Assembly: GCA_048882385.1 (NCBI GenBank)
Contig: JBHLRQ010000014.1
Location: 1 to 48,808, forward strand
DNA: 48,808 bases
Reading direction: 5' to 3'
DNA from: Candidatus Thorarchaeota archaeon
GTDB taxonomy: Archaea > Asgardarchaeota > Thorarchaeia > Thorarchaeales > Thorarchaeaceae
The notes beneath the pieces were generated by a model, which searched no databases, was not told where the DNA came from, and worked only from the letters and a program-made list of their open reading frames with translations. Below, one piece after another: positions 10,372 to 21,500 of this stretch; position 1 is the stretch's first letter; every line of letters starts with the position of its first letter. Position numbers and translations under genes: made by a program.

Positions 10372-10478
10372 TGGATACTCCTGTCTAGAGTTCCCTGATT
10401 CGCTTTTCTATGAATGTGTTATGAATACAGGTCAGCATCAGCAGCTCTAAATACTAAATCTTCGAGAGTCCGTCTGAG

Positions 10479-11108
10479 TTGTTTGCTTTGATTGATGATG
10501 ACTTACCTAGGAGTCTTGAGAGTAGTCTTCTTGAAATCTCCGAAAACATCAACAACGATAGTTTCATGCTTATGGAATATTTAGGACCGGTTGTTGATGG
10601 GTGTCGAGCGGCTCTGAATGTAAGCATCGATAAGGCACTTGAACTTAGCAAAATGACTGAAGATGATTTTGACGAACACATTAGCTCTGTTCCAGATTCT
10701 TTCCGAGACCTTACAATCTGCATGAAAGTTTCAGATATCGATGAGGAATATTCAGTTGTCTTTGATCGAGGTAAAACTTCGGTGCACGATGAATGCATCG
10801 AACCTGATGTAGTCATTGTGTCCGAAAGTGATACATTGATAGCTCTTTTCAATAGTGATCCGAAACTCTCGCCTCCAGAAGTTCTTGGAACTAGATTGAA
10901 AATCTCAGCGAATAATTCACTGGATGTTGTCGAAGGTCTTGGTTTTCTATGTTATCCCTCATTACTTAGAGTAGCAAAATCTGGAATTGATCCTTCATCT
11001 ATTCTAAGTGAGGATGCGGATTCTGTGATAATGGTTACAGCTTCAGACTTAGTTGTGAAGATGATTCGTAGATGGATTGACACTCAACTTTCAGAGGTTG
11101 ATTTGTAA
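10479..11108 (+). CDS. Hypothetical protein with SCP2 sterol/lipid-carrier-like central domain
   Basis: YSVVFDRGKTSV...EPDVVIVSESDTLIALFN...LSP...GTRLKIS resembles the SCP2 pattern. Confidence 0.55.
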   Translation: MFALIDDDLPRSLESSLLEISENINNDSFMLMEYLGPVVDGCRAALNVSIDKALELSKMTEDDFDEHISSVPDSFRDLTICMKVSDIDEEYSVVFDRGKTSVHDECIEPDVVIVSESDTLIALFNSDPKLSPPEVLGTRLKISANNSLDVVEGLGFLCYPSLLRVAKSGIDPSSILSEDADSVIMVTASDLVVKMIRRWIDTQLSEVDL

Positions 11109-11112
11109 TCAA

Positions 11113-12261
11113 TCAGAAGAGTCCATGATAAGGGAGGACAATCTCCTTCACCCTCCGAATTGATCGTTCTAAGTCCAAAACCACCTCTTCTCTAGAGTAG
11201 TACATTTGAACTACTTCATCTACATCTCTCATTAGTTCTGGATGGTTCTCGTAACCCATCTGAGAACACACTTCAAGGAATTTATCTGGCATCTTCTTTG
11301 GAATCTTTTCGTCAAGCATTATAGCGAGGAATAGTGACCAGAGTCTCGCCACATTGACTGGATAGTAACCACCACCACCAACTGCAAGCCACCCTATATC
11401 ACAAATCTTGGAAGACAAATCGCGTAATCTTCGAACCACTGTTTCAAAGCCATGTGAAGTATAGGCAAGATGAGCTAGCGGATCCAGATAGTGTCCATCA
11501 ACTCCAAGTTGAGTAATCAGAAGATTTGGTTTGAACGATTCAAATAATGGAACTACAATTTCCTCAAAAACACGAATTAGTTCTGGAGTACCAGCACCAG
11601 GAATAAGAGGGATATTTACTGAATGCCCGACTCCATCTGCTCCACCAGCCTCGTACACAAATCCTGTTCCTGGGAATAGAGTCTTTCCGGTCTGATGAAC
11701 AGAGATAGTGAGTACGTCTTTAGATCTATAAAATGCATTTTGTACTCCGTCTCCGTGATGGGCATCCAAATCAAAGTAAAGAATTTTGACATTTCTTTTC
11801 TTTTGCAGTAGTTTGATAGCTATCACGACATCATTGTAAATGCAAAATCCTGAAGCCTCACTTTGATGTGCGTGATGAAGTCCGCCTGATATGCAAAATG
11901 CATTCGAAGCACCATCGATAATTTCTTTCATTGCATTCAGAGTTGCACCAACATATCTGGCTCCAGTATCGTGTATCTGAGGAAAAATGGGGTTATCCGA
12001 TGTTCCTAAGCCAAATTGTGGATGGGGATTATTATTGATTCCACTGTCTTCAACTGCATCGATGTATTCTGGTGTGTGAAACAACTCCAGTTCTTCTCTC
12101 GTTGCCAGAGTTGGTTCAATCTCCTTCACTTTATCTATAAGTCCCAATTCCTTCGAGAGAAGGTAAGTAAGTTTCAGCCTGTCCGGTTTTAGAGGATGGT
12201 CTTTCTTGAACTCGTATCCCAAAAGAGCATCAGAATAGGGGTAGACAAGCTTTCCTCGCAT
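11113..12261 (-). CDS. acuC: Acetoin utilization AcuC / class I histone-deacetylase-family protein
   Basis: HPLKPDR, GGLHHA, ASGFC.YND, DLDAHHGDG, FPGTG, GVD, GGGGY. Start placed at MRGKLVY (12261). Confidence 0.9.
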   Translation of the reverse strand: MRGKLVYPYSDALLGYEFKKDHPLKPDRLKLTYLLSKELGLIDKVKEIEPTLATREELELFHTPEYIDAVEDSGINNNPHPQFGLGTSDNPIFPQIHDTGARYVGATLNAMKEIIDGASNAFCISGGLHHAHQSEASGFCIYNDVVIAIKLLQKKRNVKILYFDLDAHHGDGVQNAFYRSKDVLTISVHQTGKTLFPGTGFVYEAGGADGVGHSVNIPLIPGAGTPELIRVFEEIVVPLFESFKPNLLITQLGVDGHYLDPLAHLAYTSHGFETVVRRLRDLSSKICDIGWLAVGGGGYYPVNVARLWSLFLAIMLDEKIPKKMPDKFLEVCSQMGYENHPELMRDVDEVVQMYYSREEVVLDLERSIRRVKEIVLPYHGLF

Positions 12262-12330
12262 AGTATCTCTAGCCACCAGTGAATGCTGGCTGAACAAATT
12301 GCACACCTCATAAGCATTTCTTTAAAGATG

Positions 12331-13884
12331 TTAGTACCACTCTATTGTTCCTGGAGGTTTCGAGGTTAAGTCGTAAACAACTCTATTAATCCCTTTCACT
12401 TCATTCGCAATCCTTGAAGCTGCAACAAGGAGTGTGTCCCATAAGGGAGTACTTACGGATGCAGTCATTGCATCCAAGCTCTCAACAATTCTGATTACAA
12501 CCGCTTGATCGTAAGTTCTCTCATCACCCATTACTCCTACTGTCCTTACAGGAAGCAAGACACAGAACGACTGCCAAATTGAAGAGTATATCGGATCACT
12601 CTCAAGCACTTCCTGAAGGATTGAATCCGCGTGACGTAGGATATGAAGTTGTTCTCTCGTGACAGGTCCGCTTATTCTTATTGCTAAAGATGGTCCTGGA
12701 AATGGTTGCCGTGTTATCATATGCTTTGGTATCTTCATCTTGAGTCCAACTTGCCTAACCTCATCTTTGTATAGATCCTTCAGAGGTTCGACAAGTTCTA
12801 GTTTCATCCAATCGGGTAATCTGACATTATGATGACTCTTGATTACTGCTGTGGCGTTTCCTGTTGACGCACTCTCAACACGATCAGGATAGATTGTTCC
12901 CTGGCCAAGAAAATCAAACTCGCCAAACTCTTCTTCTAGTTCTCTCGCCTTACGTTCAAAAACCTCTATGAATTTATTAGCTATGATTCTCCTCTTCTCT
13001 TCAGGATCCTCTATCCCTTCAAGAGCTTCAATAAACTCGTTTCCTGCATCTAAAGCAACAAAGTGCTCAAACTCCATCTCCTTGAATGCTCTGATAACTT
13101 CTTCTTTCTCACCAAGTCTTAGTAGTCCATTATCAACAAATACACAATATAGAGCTGCTCCAATTGCTTTCCTGATAAGATATGCAGCAACTGTTGAATC
13201 TACTCCTCCACTGGTTCCCATGAGTACCTGCGAATTGCCAACCTGCTTTCTGACATATTTCACTATATTCTCAATTTGATCCTCAGGTTTCCATGATTCT
13301 ATATACCCACAAATCTCTCTGAGAAATGCTTGTAGAATGCTTAATCCATTTGGAGTGTGCGTCACCTCAGGGTGAAACTGAACTCCAAATACTGAATTAT
13401 CACTATTAGCAAAAGCTGCAATTCGATTTTCACCACTAAGTGCGAGGGTGATTAGGTCATCTGGCAATTCACGAACCTCGTCACTGTGACTCATCCAAAC
13501 AGTCTGTGATTTCTCGAGTCCTTTAACTAGAGTGTTCTTGCTGGTAATCTTAATTTGGGTTTGTCCATACTCAGGATTTCCTCCTGGCTCAAGCAATCCT
13601 CCAAAGTGGACCGCAAGCAGTTGATGTCCAAAACAGATTCCTAGTGTTTTGATACTCCTAGATTTGATGATATTATAGTTTGATGAGAACGAATTTCCCA
13701 AGTCCATTTCTGTTACAGTTCTTGGACCACCTGAGAGGATGATCCCCTTTACTCCTTCGAGGTGCTGAATGGTAAGTTTGGTATCCTGAGGAATGATTTC
13801 TGAATAGACACCTAAGTCCCTGCATCTTCGAGAAATCAGGTGAGTATACTGTCCCCCGTAATCGATGACCAAGACTTTTTCCAC
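12331..13884 (-). CDS. guaA: GMP synthase (glutamine-hydrolysing), single-chain
   Basis: DYGGQYT, GICFGHQ, QFHPE, SGGVDS, IKSHHN, KPPGTIEW. Confidence 0.96.
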   Translation of the reverse strand: MEKVLVIDYGGQYTHLISRRCRDLGVYSEIIPQDTKLTIQHLEGVKGIILSGGPRTVTEMDLGNSFSSNYNIIKSRSIKTLGICFGHQLLAVHFGGLLEPGGNPEYGQTQIKITSKNTLVKGLEKSQTVWMSHSDEVRELPDDLITLALSGENRIAAFANSDNSVFGVQFHPEVTHTPNGLSILQAFLREICGYIESWKPEDQIENIVKYVRKQVGNSQVLMGTSGGVDSTVAAYLIRKAIGAALYCVFVDNGLLRLGEKEEVIRAFKEMEFEHFVALDAGNEFIEALEGIEDPEEKRRIIANKFIEVFERKARELEEEFGEFDFLGQGTIYPDRVESASTGNATAVIKSHHNVRLPDWMKLELVEPLKDLYKDEVRQVGLKMKIPKHMITRQPFPGPSLAIRISGPVTREQLHILRHADSILQEVLESDPIYSSIWQSFCVLLPVRTVGVMGDERTYDQAVVIRIVESLDAMTASVSTPLWDTLLVAASRIANEVKGINRVVYDLTSKPPGTIEWY

Positions 13885-13897
13885 ATGGATCTCTCCT

Positions 13898-15154
13898 TCA
13901 ACTCACATCCTTTGCAATATCAGTTCTATAGCGAACCTTTCCCTTAATATGTGAGGAATTTGTGTACGCAATCTCTCTCGCTTGTGCTACAGTATCACCT
14001 TTTCCTAGTACACTTACCGCTCTGCTCCCTGTTGTTAGCACTTGACCATCTAGTTCATAGACCGAAGCGAAGTAGATCTTAGCAGATGATGCAACACTCA
14101 TGTCGATTGGACTATCTTTAACTACATCCGGTCCAGGATAACCTTCGGGTACAACATAGACACACACTGTTGCCTTCTTTTCAAACTCTATAGTGCCTAG
14201 ATTTCCATCTATTATATTCCTGCAGATTTCATCCATTGGTGTCCTCAGAATCGAAAGAACATTCATTGCTTCAGGGTCACCGAAGCGTGCATTGTATTCA
14301 ATCACTTTGATTCCGCTTTCTGTTTTGATAAACTGTCCGTAGAGGATTCCTTTGTATTCTGATTTCGTATTTTTCTTGATTTGTTCTACGGTCGTTTGCA
14401 TTATCAGCTTTGCATTAACCAAGTCTCCATCGGTCACATAATCCAGATTGTGGTCTTCCTTTGAATACGACCCCATAGAACCTGTGTTTGGACCTTTATC
14501 TTGATCAAAAGCGCGTTTGTAGTCTCTAACAAGTGGCATCGTTACGAGTCGATTTCCATCAACAAATGCTTGTACTGTGAACTCGAGTCCAATCAGTTTT
14601 TCCTCTAAGACTACAACACCCTTATTCCAGAGTTCACTCGACACGTACTTTTCTACATCATCCTGTGAATGCAAATGTTCTCCGAAAATCTTGACTCCTT
14701 TCCCTCCAGTCAATCCATCAGGTTTTACAACAATATTCTCAAGACCAACCTTCTTCACGAATTCTCGATATTCATCCAAACTACGAGCAATAACAAATCT
14801 TGGATTTGCATTTGGGTATGTATTTTGCAGGAGGCGTCTGGCAAATGATTTGCTAGTTTCAATCATGGCTGCAGCTTTTGTTGGTCCTACACATGGAATT
14901 CCCTGATTCATCAAGAAATCTGTATAACCAGATGCAAGAGCGGCTTCTGGTCCAATAACTCCATAGTCCATTCCTATAAGATCTGAGAGTTTCAAAACAT
15001 CATTTAATGGTCCAATAGAAACTTTTTGCGCCAACTTAGCTATTCCAGGATTCCTCCTTTCCATATGAGCATGAATGTCGACGCCAGAAGCCTTTAGACT
15101 TGATGCAATTGCATGTTCGCGAGCTCCGCTGCCAACCAATAATACTCGAGTCAG
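13898..15154 (-). CDS. purD: Phosphoribosylamine-glycine ligase (probable CTG start at 15154)
   Basis: [51 protein letters not shown]. Confidence 0.94.
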   Translation of the reverse strand: MTRVLLVGSGAREHAIASSLKASGVDIHAHMERRNPGIAKLAQKVSIGPLNDVLKLSDLIGMDYGVIGPEAALASGYTDFLMNQGIPCVGPTKAAAMIETSKSFARRLLQNTYPNANPRFVIARSLDEYREFVKKVGLENIVVKPDGLTGGKGVKIFGEHLHSQDDVEKYVSSELWNKGVVVLEEKLIGLEFTVQAFVDGNRLVTMPLVRDYKRAFDQDKGPNTGSMGSYSKEDHNLDYVTDGDLVNAKLIMQTTVEQIKKNTKSEYKGILYGQFIKTESGIKVIEYNARFGDPEAMNVLSILRTPMDEICRNIIDGNLGTIEFEKKATVCVYVVPEGYPGPDVVKDSPIDMSVASSAKIYFASVYELDGQVLTTGSRAVSVLGKGDTVAQAREIAYTNSSHIKGKVRYRTDIAKDVS

Positions 15155-16584
15155 TTTATGGTCACCCCAAATTGCTTGAAAACTACTGATCCTTCAGGGG
15201 CTTTCTGCACGTTTCCAAGCTTGTAGGACTTGTCTATGTTTGATAATATTTCAAGAGCTCTATCGCTATCTGTTTCTGAAACTACAAAAACAAATCCAAT
15301 TCCCATATTGAATGTTGAAAACATCTCTCCTAGATCGACTTTGCCAATCTCACGGATAAGCTGGAAAATTAATGGAATCTCAGGAAATTCGTTGATTGCA
15401 AAACAGTGAGGTCCCAACCTTAAGATCTTTCGAAATCCTGACCCTGTTATGTGAGCCATCCCTTTGATTTTAATTCCTTCTTTCTGCAATGCTTTAAAGT
15501 GAGGAACGTAGATTTTTGTTGGACAAAGCATCTCTTCTGAGATCAGGGAACCCCAAGGAAGTTTATCAGAAATCTTGTATTTTGACAAGAGTACTTTCCG
15601 TGCTAAAGTGAATCCATTGGAATGAAGGCCATTTGATGCTATACCAATGATAGAATCACCAGAACCAATCTCACTACCATCAATTAGCTCTGATGGTGAA
15701 GCAATACCTACTGCAGTTCCTGCAAGATCAATTCCAGGTCCGTACTGGCCCCTAATAATATCTGGAAGAATAGCTGTTTCACCACCCAAGATGGGAATTC
15801 CAGATTGCTTGCATCCTTCAAGAAGACCTTTCCCAATCTGTTTGACTATCATGTCTGGTAGAGGTTTCTCCAAGGCGAGATAATCCACAAATCCAACTGG
15901 TGTGGCACCTACACAGATGATGTCGTTCACATTCATAGCAACGCAATCAATCCCGATGGTATCATACTTGTTGGCGAGCTCTGCAATCAATACCTTACTT
16001 CCAACACCATCTGTTGACAATGCAAGGCAGAGGTCATCACGGACTCTTACAGTATTTGCATAGTGACCATAATCTTGCATCACGTTTCCCAGTTTGAACG
16101 ATTCTTTCACATATTTTCCCAGAACTTCAAGTCCTCTAGAAACTGCTGATTCATCAACACCAGCTTCGGTATAGGAACTTGGAGTCAACGTTACTTGTGT
16201 TGATACATTAAGAATCCGTGCTGCAAGGTGCGCAGCATTTTGACCATTGTCTATTCCAACAGTGGCCACTGGTACACCTTTTGGCATTTGCATGATTGAG
16301 AGGAGTGCATCAAGTCCTTCAAGTGCAACTCTGACTGGAACACCAATTACTGGTTTTTGTGTGTGAGAAGCAACAACGCCTGGTAGTGCTGCAGCAAGAC
16401 CTGCAATAGCGATGAAAACCTCTGCATCACTATTCTCAACAATTGACCTGACTCTGACAGGTTCTCTGTGCGCAGAGGCAAATTCAACATTGTATGATAT
16501 TTTAAATTCCTCAAGTACAGCTGCTGTCTTTTGGACAATTGCATCATCGCTTCGACTTCCGGCAATGATTAGCACCCTAACCAA
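15151..16584 (-). CDS. purE-purM: PurE-PurM fusion (AIR carboxylase/N5-CAIR mutase + AIR synthetase)
   Basis: N-terminal [35 protein letters not shown] (PurE). C-terminal [48 protein letters not shown] (PurM). Confidence 0.93.
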   Translation of the reverse strand: MVRVLIIAGSRSDDAIVQKTAAVLEEFKISYNVEFASAHREPVRVRSIVENSDAEVFIAIAGLAAALPGVVASHTQKPVIGVPVRVALEGLDALLSIMQMPKGVPVATVGIDNGQNAAHLAARILNVSTQVTLTPSSYTEAGVDESAVSRGLEVLGKYVKESFKLGNVMQDYGHYANTVRVRDDLCLALSTDGVGSKVLIAELANKYDTIGIDCVAMNVNDIICVGATPVGFVDYLALEKPLPDMIVKQIGKGLLEGCKQSGIPILGGETAILPDIIRGQYGPGIDLAGTAVGIASPSELIDGSEIGSGDSIIGIASNGLHSNGFTLARKVLLSKYKISDKLPWGSLISEEMLCPTKIYVPHFKALQKEGIKIKGMAHITGSGFRKILRLGPHCFAINEFPEIPLIFQLIREIGKVDLGEMFSTFNMGIGFVFVVSETDSDRALEILSNIDKSYKLGNVQKAPEGSVVFKQFGVTIN

Positions 16585-16586
16585 AA

Positions 16587-18758
16587 CTATCCCTCCAAAT
16601 ATTTACTTAGTCCCTGCGAAAATGTGGCTTTTACTTCGTCTAATGGAATCTTGAATTTCCCAAAATCAGCAATCGGGTCAGAAATTGTCAATCCTAGCTC
16701 GCATGTTGAAACTCCATGTTTCTCAGTAATCTTAAGGAATTCAGGTTGATTACTCTCTGTCACCTCAGCCAGATAACGTGCAGAAGTTTCTGAAAACAAC
16801 CTCTGTCCGAGACTGCCTACATTTCCAGGGATATAATCAAGATCCAGCTTAAATCCATACCCGTTGCCTAGTGTCATCTTCATTAGTGAAGCAGCCAATC
16901 CTCCTCTACCAACATTATTGCATGATCGAACAAGGCCCTTTTCCTGTGCTTCATGGATTATACTCATCGTTCGTTTTTCCCACAGAGGACGATACTTTGG
17001 TGGTACTCCCTTAACCTTTCCAAGAATCATTCTTTGATATTCAGTACCATTCATTTCCGGAAGAGTTTCTCCAATAAGGAAGATATTCGCCCAAGGTGTG
17101 CAGAGATTCCTTCGAATAGGTGTGAAATCTCTATCAAAGATTCCTGCAATCATGATTTGTGGAGTCGGGTTGATTCTCTTGAGCTCTCCATCTACAACTG
17201 ATTCATTGTATAGGGATACATTTCCTCCAATAATTGGTATCTCAAAATCATTAGAGAATCGTCCTAGTCCTCTCACAGATTCAACAAATTGAGCATATGA
17301 CTCAGGTCTTTCAGGATTGCCAAAATTTAGACAATCTGCAATAAAGAGAGGTTTTGCTCCCATTGAAACTATGTTCCTCAGCGATTCAGATGCAGAATTA
17401 GCTGTTCCCTCCTGTGGATCAAGATAGCACCAAAATGAATTGCAGTCACTTGTGAACGCAAGTAGTCTACTATTTGGAAATTCGAGAACACCTGCGTTCT
17501 GACCTAGGTCAACGACAGTGTTGGTCTGAACATGTTGGTCGTATTGACTATATACCCAGGACCGATCACAGATATTGATTGATTCGAGCATCTGAAGTAT
17601 TGCTTTTTGATAGTCCTCGGGTTCGATGAACCATGCCATGGAATCAGTTTGTGAAGGAATCTTACCTTCTACTCTCTCTGGCACTGGATATCCATCAACT
17701 AATAAGCTGATTGGGAGTTGCGCTACTATTTCTCCATTAAACTTCGCTGTGTAGTTCTTTTCTTTTGTAACCTCGCCAATCACAGCATATGGAGTACTAT
17801 TCTTTTCCAGGATTGTGATAACTCTTTCAAGATTCTCAGGTGCAACGATGGCTAGCATTCGCTCTTGCGATTCCGAGATTACAATCTCAGCAGGATCCAT
17901 GTCTTCTTCTCTCAAAGGTACTTTTTCAAGATTAATCTCTACTCCAGTATTACCTGCTTTGGCGAGTTCCCCTGCAGCTGATGTCATTCCACCTCCGCCA
18001 AAATCTTGGAGTCCCTCGAGTAGCTCTTCTTCCACCAGTTGTGTCAATGTATCGATTAGTACCTTCTTTGAGAGAGGATCCCCAATTTGAACTGCAGCTC
18101 TATTCTCTTCTTCATCATCAGAGAAAGTTTCTGATGCAAAACTAACACCTGCAATTCCATCTCGACCAGTTGTCGAACCAAACATCACAAGATGATGTCC
18201 AGGAGTCCTTGCTATACTTCGAATAACCTTCTCTGGTTTTACATATCCAATACATACTACATTCACAAGGCAATTCTCATCATATGAGTCATCAAACTCG
18301 ATCTCTCCTCCCACTACGGGAATACCAACGCTATTCCCATAATCCGAAATTCCTCTAACGACGTTTTCCAAGAGATATGCATTGTGTGATTTTTCAGGAT
18401 GACCGAACCTAAGACAATTCATGATTCCTATTGCCTTGCATCCTTGAGATATCACATCTCTAATAATGCCACCAACACCAGTTGCTGCTCCATTATAGGG
18501 ATCTATCTGACTCGGGTGATTGTGAGATTCCATCGCTACTCCAACAAGATATCCATCTCCAATATCGACAAGTCCTGCTCCTTCACCAATACCAAGCGCC
18601 ACTTTTTCTCCTTCGGTCTTAAAGAGATAGAACCACCGTTTACTGCTTTTATAGCTACAATGTTCAGACCAAAGTACATCAAGCATCCCCAACTCTGTCT
18701 TTGTGGGCTCTCTTCCGAGGACTTTTGTAGCATGTTCCAACTCTTTCTTGGTAATCAT
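16587..18758 (-). CDS. purL: FGAM synthase large subunit PurL (small form)
   Basis: [51 protein letters not shown]. Confidence 0.96.
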   Translation of the reverse strand: MITKKELEHATKVLGREPTKTELGMLDVLWSEHCSYKSSKRWFYLFKTEGEKVALGIGEGAGLVDIGDGYLVGVAMESHNHPSQIDPYNGAATGVGGIIRDVISQGCKAIGIMNCLRFGHPEKSHNAYLLENVVRGISDYGNSVGIPVVGGEIEFDDSYDENCLVNVVCIGYVKPEKVIRSIARTPGHHLVMFGSTTGRDGIAGVSFASETFSDDEEENRAAVQIGDPLSKKVLIDTLTQLVEEELLEGLQDFGGGGMTSAAGELAKAGNTGVEINLEKVPLREEDMDPAEIVISESQERMLAIVAPENLERVITILEKNSTPYAVIGEVTKEKNYTAKFNGEIVAQLPISLLVDGYPVPERVEGKIPSQTDSMAWFIEPEDYQKAILQMLESINICDRSWVYSQYDQHVQTNTVVDLGQNAGVLEFPNSRLLAFTSDCNSFWCYLDPQEGTANSASESLRNIVSMGAKPLFIADCLNFGNPERPESYAQFVESVRGLGRFSNDFEIPIIGGNVSLYNESVVDGELKRINPTPQIMIAGIFDRDFTPIRRNLCTPWANIFLIGETLPEMNGTEYQRMILGKVKGVPPKYRPLWEKRTMSIIHEAQEKGLVRSCNNVGRGGLAASLMKMTLGNGYGFKLDLDYIPGNVGSLGQRLFSETSARYLAEVTESNQPEFLKITEKHGVSTCELGLTISDPIADFGKFKIPLDEVKATFSQGLSKYLEG

Positions 18759-19447
18759 TTTGTAGCCCTCACAAAATTCTCAAGAATCTGGAGTCCATCA
18801 GTTGAACCCAAAATTGGTCGGGATGCTCTTTCAGGGTGAGGCATCAGTCCCAGTACATTCCCTTTCTGATTCACAATTCCAGCGATATTTTCAATCGACC
18901 CATTAGGATTCATCTCTGGTACTACTTCTCCCCCATGATTACAGTACCTGAAGGGAACACGTTTTTCGTCATTGAGGGATACTAAATCATCCTCAGAACA
19001 ATAGTAATTGCCTTCTGCATGTGCTATTGGTAATCTGATAACAGCATTTTCCATTCCCTCGGTGAACATAGTAGGTGTTGCGTTTACACTCAAGTAGATC
19101 CACTTACAAATAAACCGGGCTGAATTGTTAGGAAGTAACACTCCAGGTAGTAGTCCCATTTCTGTGAGAATTTGGAATCCATTGCAGATCCCTAAAATTG
19201 GCTTTCCATCCTCCGCAAGATCTCGTATTCCTTCAACAATTACTTCAACTGATGCAACAGCACCTGCCCTTAGATAGTCGCCATAGGAGAATCCACCCGG
19301 TATCATAATTGCATCTGCATTCTCTAGTCCAGCTAGACCTTTCCTACTTGGTACAAGATATGGATTTGCTCCGGGAATCTGAGATAGAGCACGAATCACA
19401 TCATTCTCATTGTTTGTACCAGGGAATCGAACCACAGCGATTGACAC
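18755..19447 (-). CDS. purQ: FGAM synthase glutaminase subunit
   Basis: FPGTN, PGGFSYGDYLR, GICNGFQIL, AHAEG, MPHPER. Confidence 0.96.
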   Translation of the reverse strand: MSIAVVRFPGTNNENDVIRALSQIPGANPYLVPSRKGLAGLENADAIMIPGGFSYGDYLRAGAVASVEVIVEGIRDLAEDGKPILGICNGFQILTEMGLLPGVLLPNNSARFICKWIYLSVNATPTMFTEGMENAVIRLPIAHAEGNYYCSEDDLVSLNDEKRVPFRYCNHGGEVVPEMNPNGSIENIAGIVNQKGNVLGLMPHPERASRPILGSTDGLQILENFVRATK

Positions 19448-20418
19448 TAGCTCAGTTTCACCTCATGTTTTTCAGATATAGGATTCGATAGAAGTTTGAT
19501 GTTCATTATCTCTAGATGGTTTAGAATCTCTGTGGAAAGAGGTCTTCTGAGTTCTATATTGAAAACCTTCCCAACCTTGACTTCCTCTGCTTCTGCAAAT
19601 CCTAGACGAAGTAATGCTTTCTTAGTTACTTCACCTGGTGGATTTTTAATGCCTGTCTTTGGCCTTACATATACCTGTATCATTTCCTTTCTGTTCGCAA
19701 TTTCTTCGGACTTTGCTTTGGTAATTGAACTTAGTAATTTGGAGTAGACCTCTATTAAATCTCCTTTGTCTTCTCTGAATACATCTTTATCCAGAGATTT
19801 GGATGCATTGTCCCATACTCTCATCGAATCTCCGGATAACTCATCAGCCAAGACAACATGACCAGCATTTGTGCGACCAAATTCTAATTTAAAATCAACC
19901 AGAGTAAGTCCGTTTTGTTTCAGAAGTTCTGTAAGATAGTAATTTGCTGAGAGAGTGACTGATTTCATGAACTGAAGATCCTTGTCAGAAACCAATCCGA
20001 TGCTGCGAATAGCATTGTATGAAATCAGTGGATCGTGAAGATCATCGTTTTTTAGAAAGAACTCAACAAGTGGTTCTTCTAACACTTTGCCTTTCTCAAT
20101 ACCATATCGTTTACAGAATGACCCTGCTGCTAGGTTTCTGCATACAACTTCTACGGGAAACATCTCTACCTTTCTACACAGGAGCTCTGGCCCTCCTAGT
20201 GCTCTTACAAAATGAGTGTCAATACCCTTACCTTCAAGAAAGCCGAGAAGATATTCAGTCATTTTACATGCAAGTTCACCTTTTCCCTTGAATTCCTCCC
20301 TCTTCACTCCGTCACCTGCAGTCACATAATCTGTAAACTCAATAATGATACGATCTTCTGATTTGGGATCTTGGTAGACTTTCTTTACTTTACCTTCATA
20401 CAATAAATCCATAGTCAT
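19447..20418 (-). CDS. purC-purS: PurC-PurS fusion (SAICAR synthetase + FGAM synthase PurS)
   Basis: LYEGKVK, EVVCRN, DFKLEFG, LADE, LDKDVFR (PurC). Then VYVRPKTGIKNPPGE...VKVGKVF...LLSNPISE (PurS). Confidence 0.92.
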   Translation of the reverse strand: MTMDLLYEGKVKKVYQDPKSEDRIIIEFTDYVTAGDGVKREEFKGKGELACKMTEYLLGFLEGKGIDTHFVRALGGPELLCRKVEMFPVEVVCRNLAAGSFCKRYGIEKGKVLEEPLVEFFLKNDDLHDPLISYNAIRSIGLVSDKDLQFMKSVTLSANYYLTELLKQNGLTLVDFKLEFGRTNAGHVVLADELSGDSMRVWDNASKSLDKDVFREDKGDLIEVYSKLLSSITKAKSEEIANRKEMIQVYVRPKTGIKNPPGEVTKKALLRLGFAEAEEVKVGKVFNIELRRPLSTEILNHLEIMNIKLLSNPISEKHEVKLS

Positions 20419-21488
20419 GTTAACACCTCATCTAATTTCTCTGCTTTGACCGCAGCTCGAATGTCAAACATACAGAGGTCAAGAGGCGAGTTCACGGTTT
20501 CACCAAACTTTAGTGACAGCCTTCTCATCTCTGGACTAGTTGGTCCAACGCATGGAGCTCCAGGAACCCTGGGACTGAGATCGAAGACAACGAACTCAGA
20601 AGTTTCCGTTAATGCTCCTTGTAGAGAAAATAGTCCAATCATTTTTGGTGGAAAGTGTACACTCACACCAGCAATTAGTTTCTCTGCTGCTTCATACACT
20701 AGTGGTTTCTTACTTTCCCTCATTGTCACACCCCTATGTCCTACTTCTTCATTCATGATTTTGACTTCAATCTTCATTTGCTCTTTTGCTGGAAGGCTTA
20801 GTAATCCACCAAGACTGGTCTGAACTCTGTCATCAAATCCAACAAAATCAAGATCTCCAAATGCTTGACTCATTCCATATGCTTGAAAATTAGCGTTAAA
20901 CCTTGGTGCTAGTACAAATTCCTCCATTGTTGCCTGCGAGAGTGCTTCCTCTGTGATTATGCCTTTCTCCAAGTATGCCTTGCTCTCCTTATCATAATCC
21001 GCTGGAGAACTAGCATAAAAGAAGGCCCTTTCCAATGGTTTGTCTTTCTGTTGAACCTTTATGATTACTAGACGGTCTATCGAATCAGGTGTGAATGATT
21101 TGGGAATACGAACACCTGCTTTTTCTAATAACCAATATTGATCCTTTGGAAAGCCCCTTTCCTCGACTCTCAAAAGATATCGATTACCATACAAAGGGAT
21201 TTTGAATGATGTTTCAATCTCATCATAGCCAACATAAACTGAAAATGAACGATTTGGAATCCAGACTGTATCAAGCTCTTTCAATCTCTCTTGGATTTCT
21301 TTATTCAGTATATCTTTGAACGAATCTAACAGAATGATTTCGTCGTAGAGGTGTCTACTATAGTCAGTATAGAGCTTTTCTCTGCCTTTCTGGGCAACGA
21401 CTACTGTCCGGAATCCATTTGCTTTTGCAGAAACACCTATCTCTTCTGCGCTATGCGAACCAATCATTCCAATTGTTGGTAATTTCAT
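20415..21488 (-). CDS. purP: PurP-like ATP-grasp protein (DUF1246/DUF1297)
   Basis: IGSHSA, IPNRSF.VY.G, GNRYLLR.EER, ERAFF, T.RES, SPRVPG. Confidence 0.88.
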   Translation of the reverse strand: MKLPTIGMIGSHSAEEIGVSAKANGFRTVVVAQKGREKLYTDYSRHLYDEIILLDSFKDILNKEIQERLKELDTVWIPNRSFSVYVGYDEIETSFKIPLYGNRYLLRVEERGFPKDQYWLLEKAGVRIPKSFTPDSIDRLVIIKVQQKDKPLERAFFYASSPADYDKESKAYLEKGIITEEALSQATMEEFVLAPRFNANFQAYGMSQAFGDLDFVGFDDRVQTSLGGLLSLPAKEQMKIEVKIMNEEVGHRGVTMRESKKPLVYEAAEKLIAGVSVHFPPKMIGLFSLQGALTETSEFVVFDLSPRVPGAPCVGPTSPEMRRLSLKFGETVNSPLDLCMFDIRAAVKAEKLDEVLT

Positions 21489-21500
21489 TCCGACTCACCT

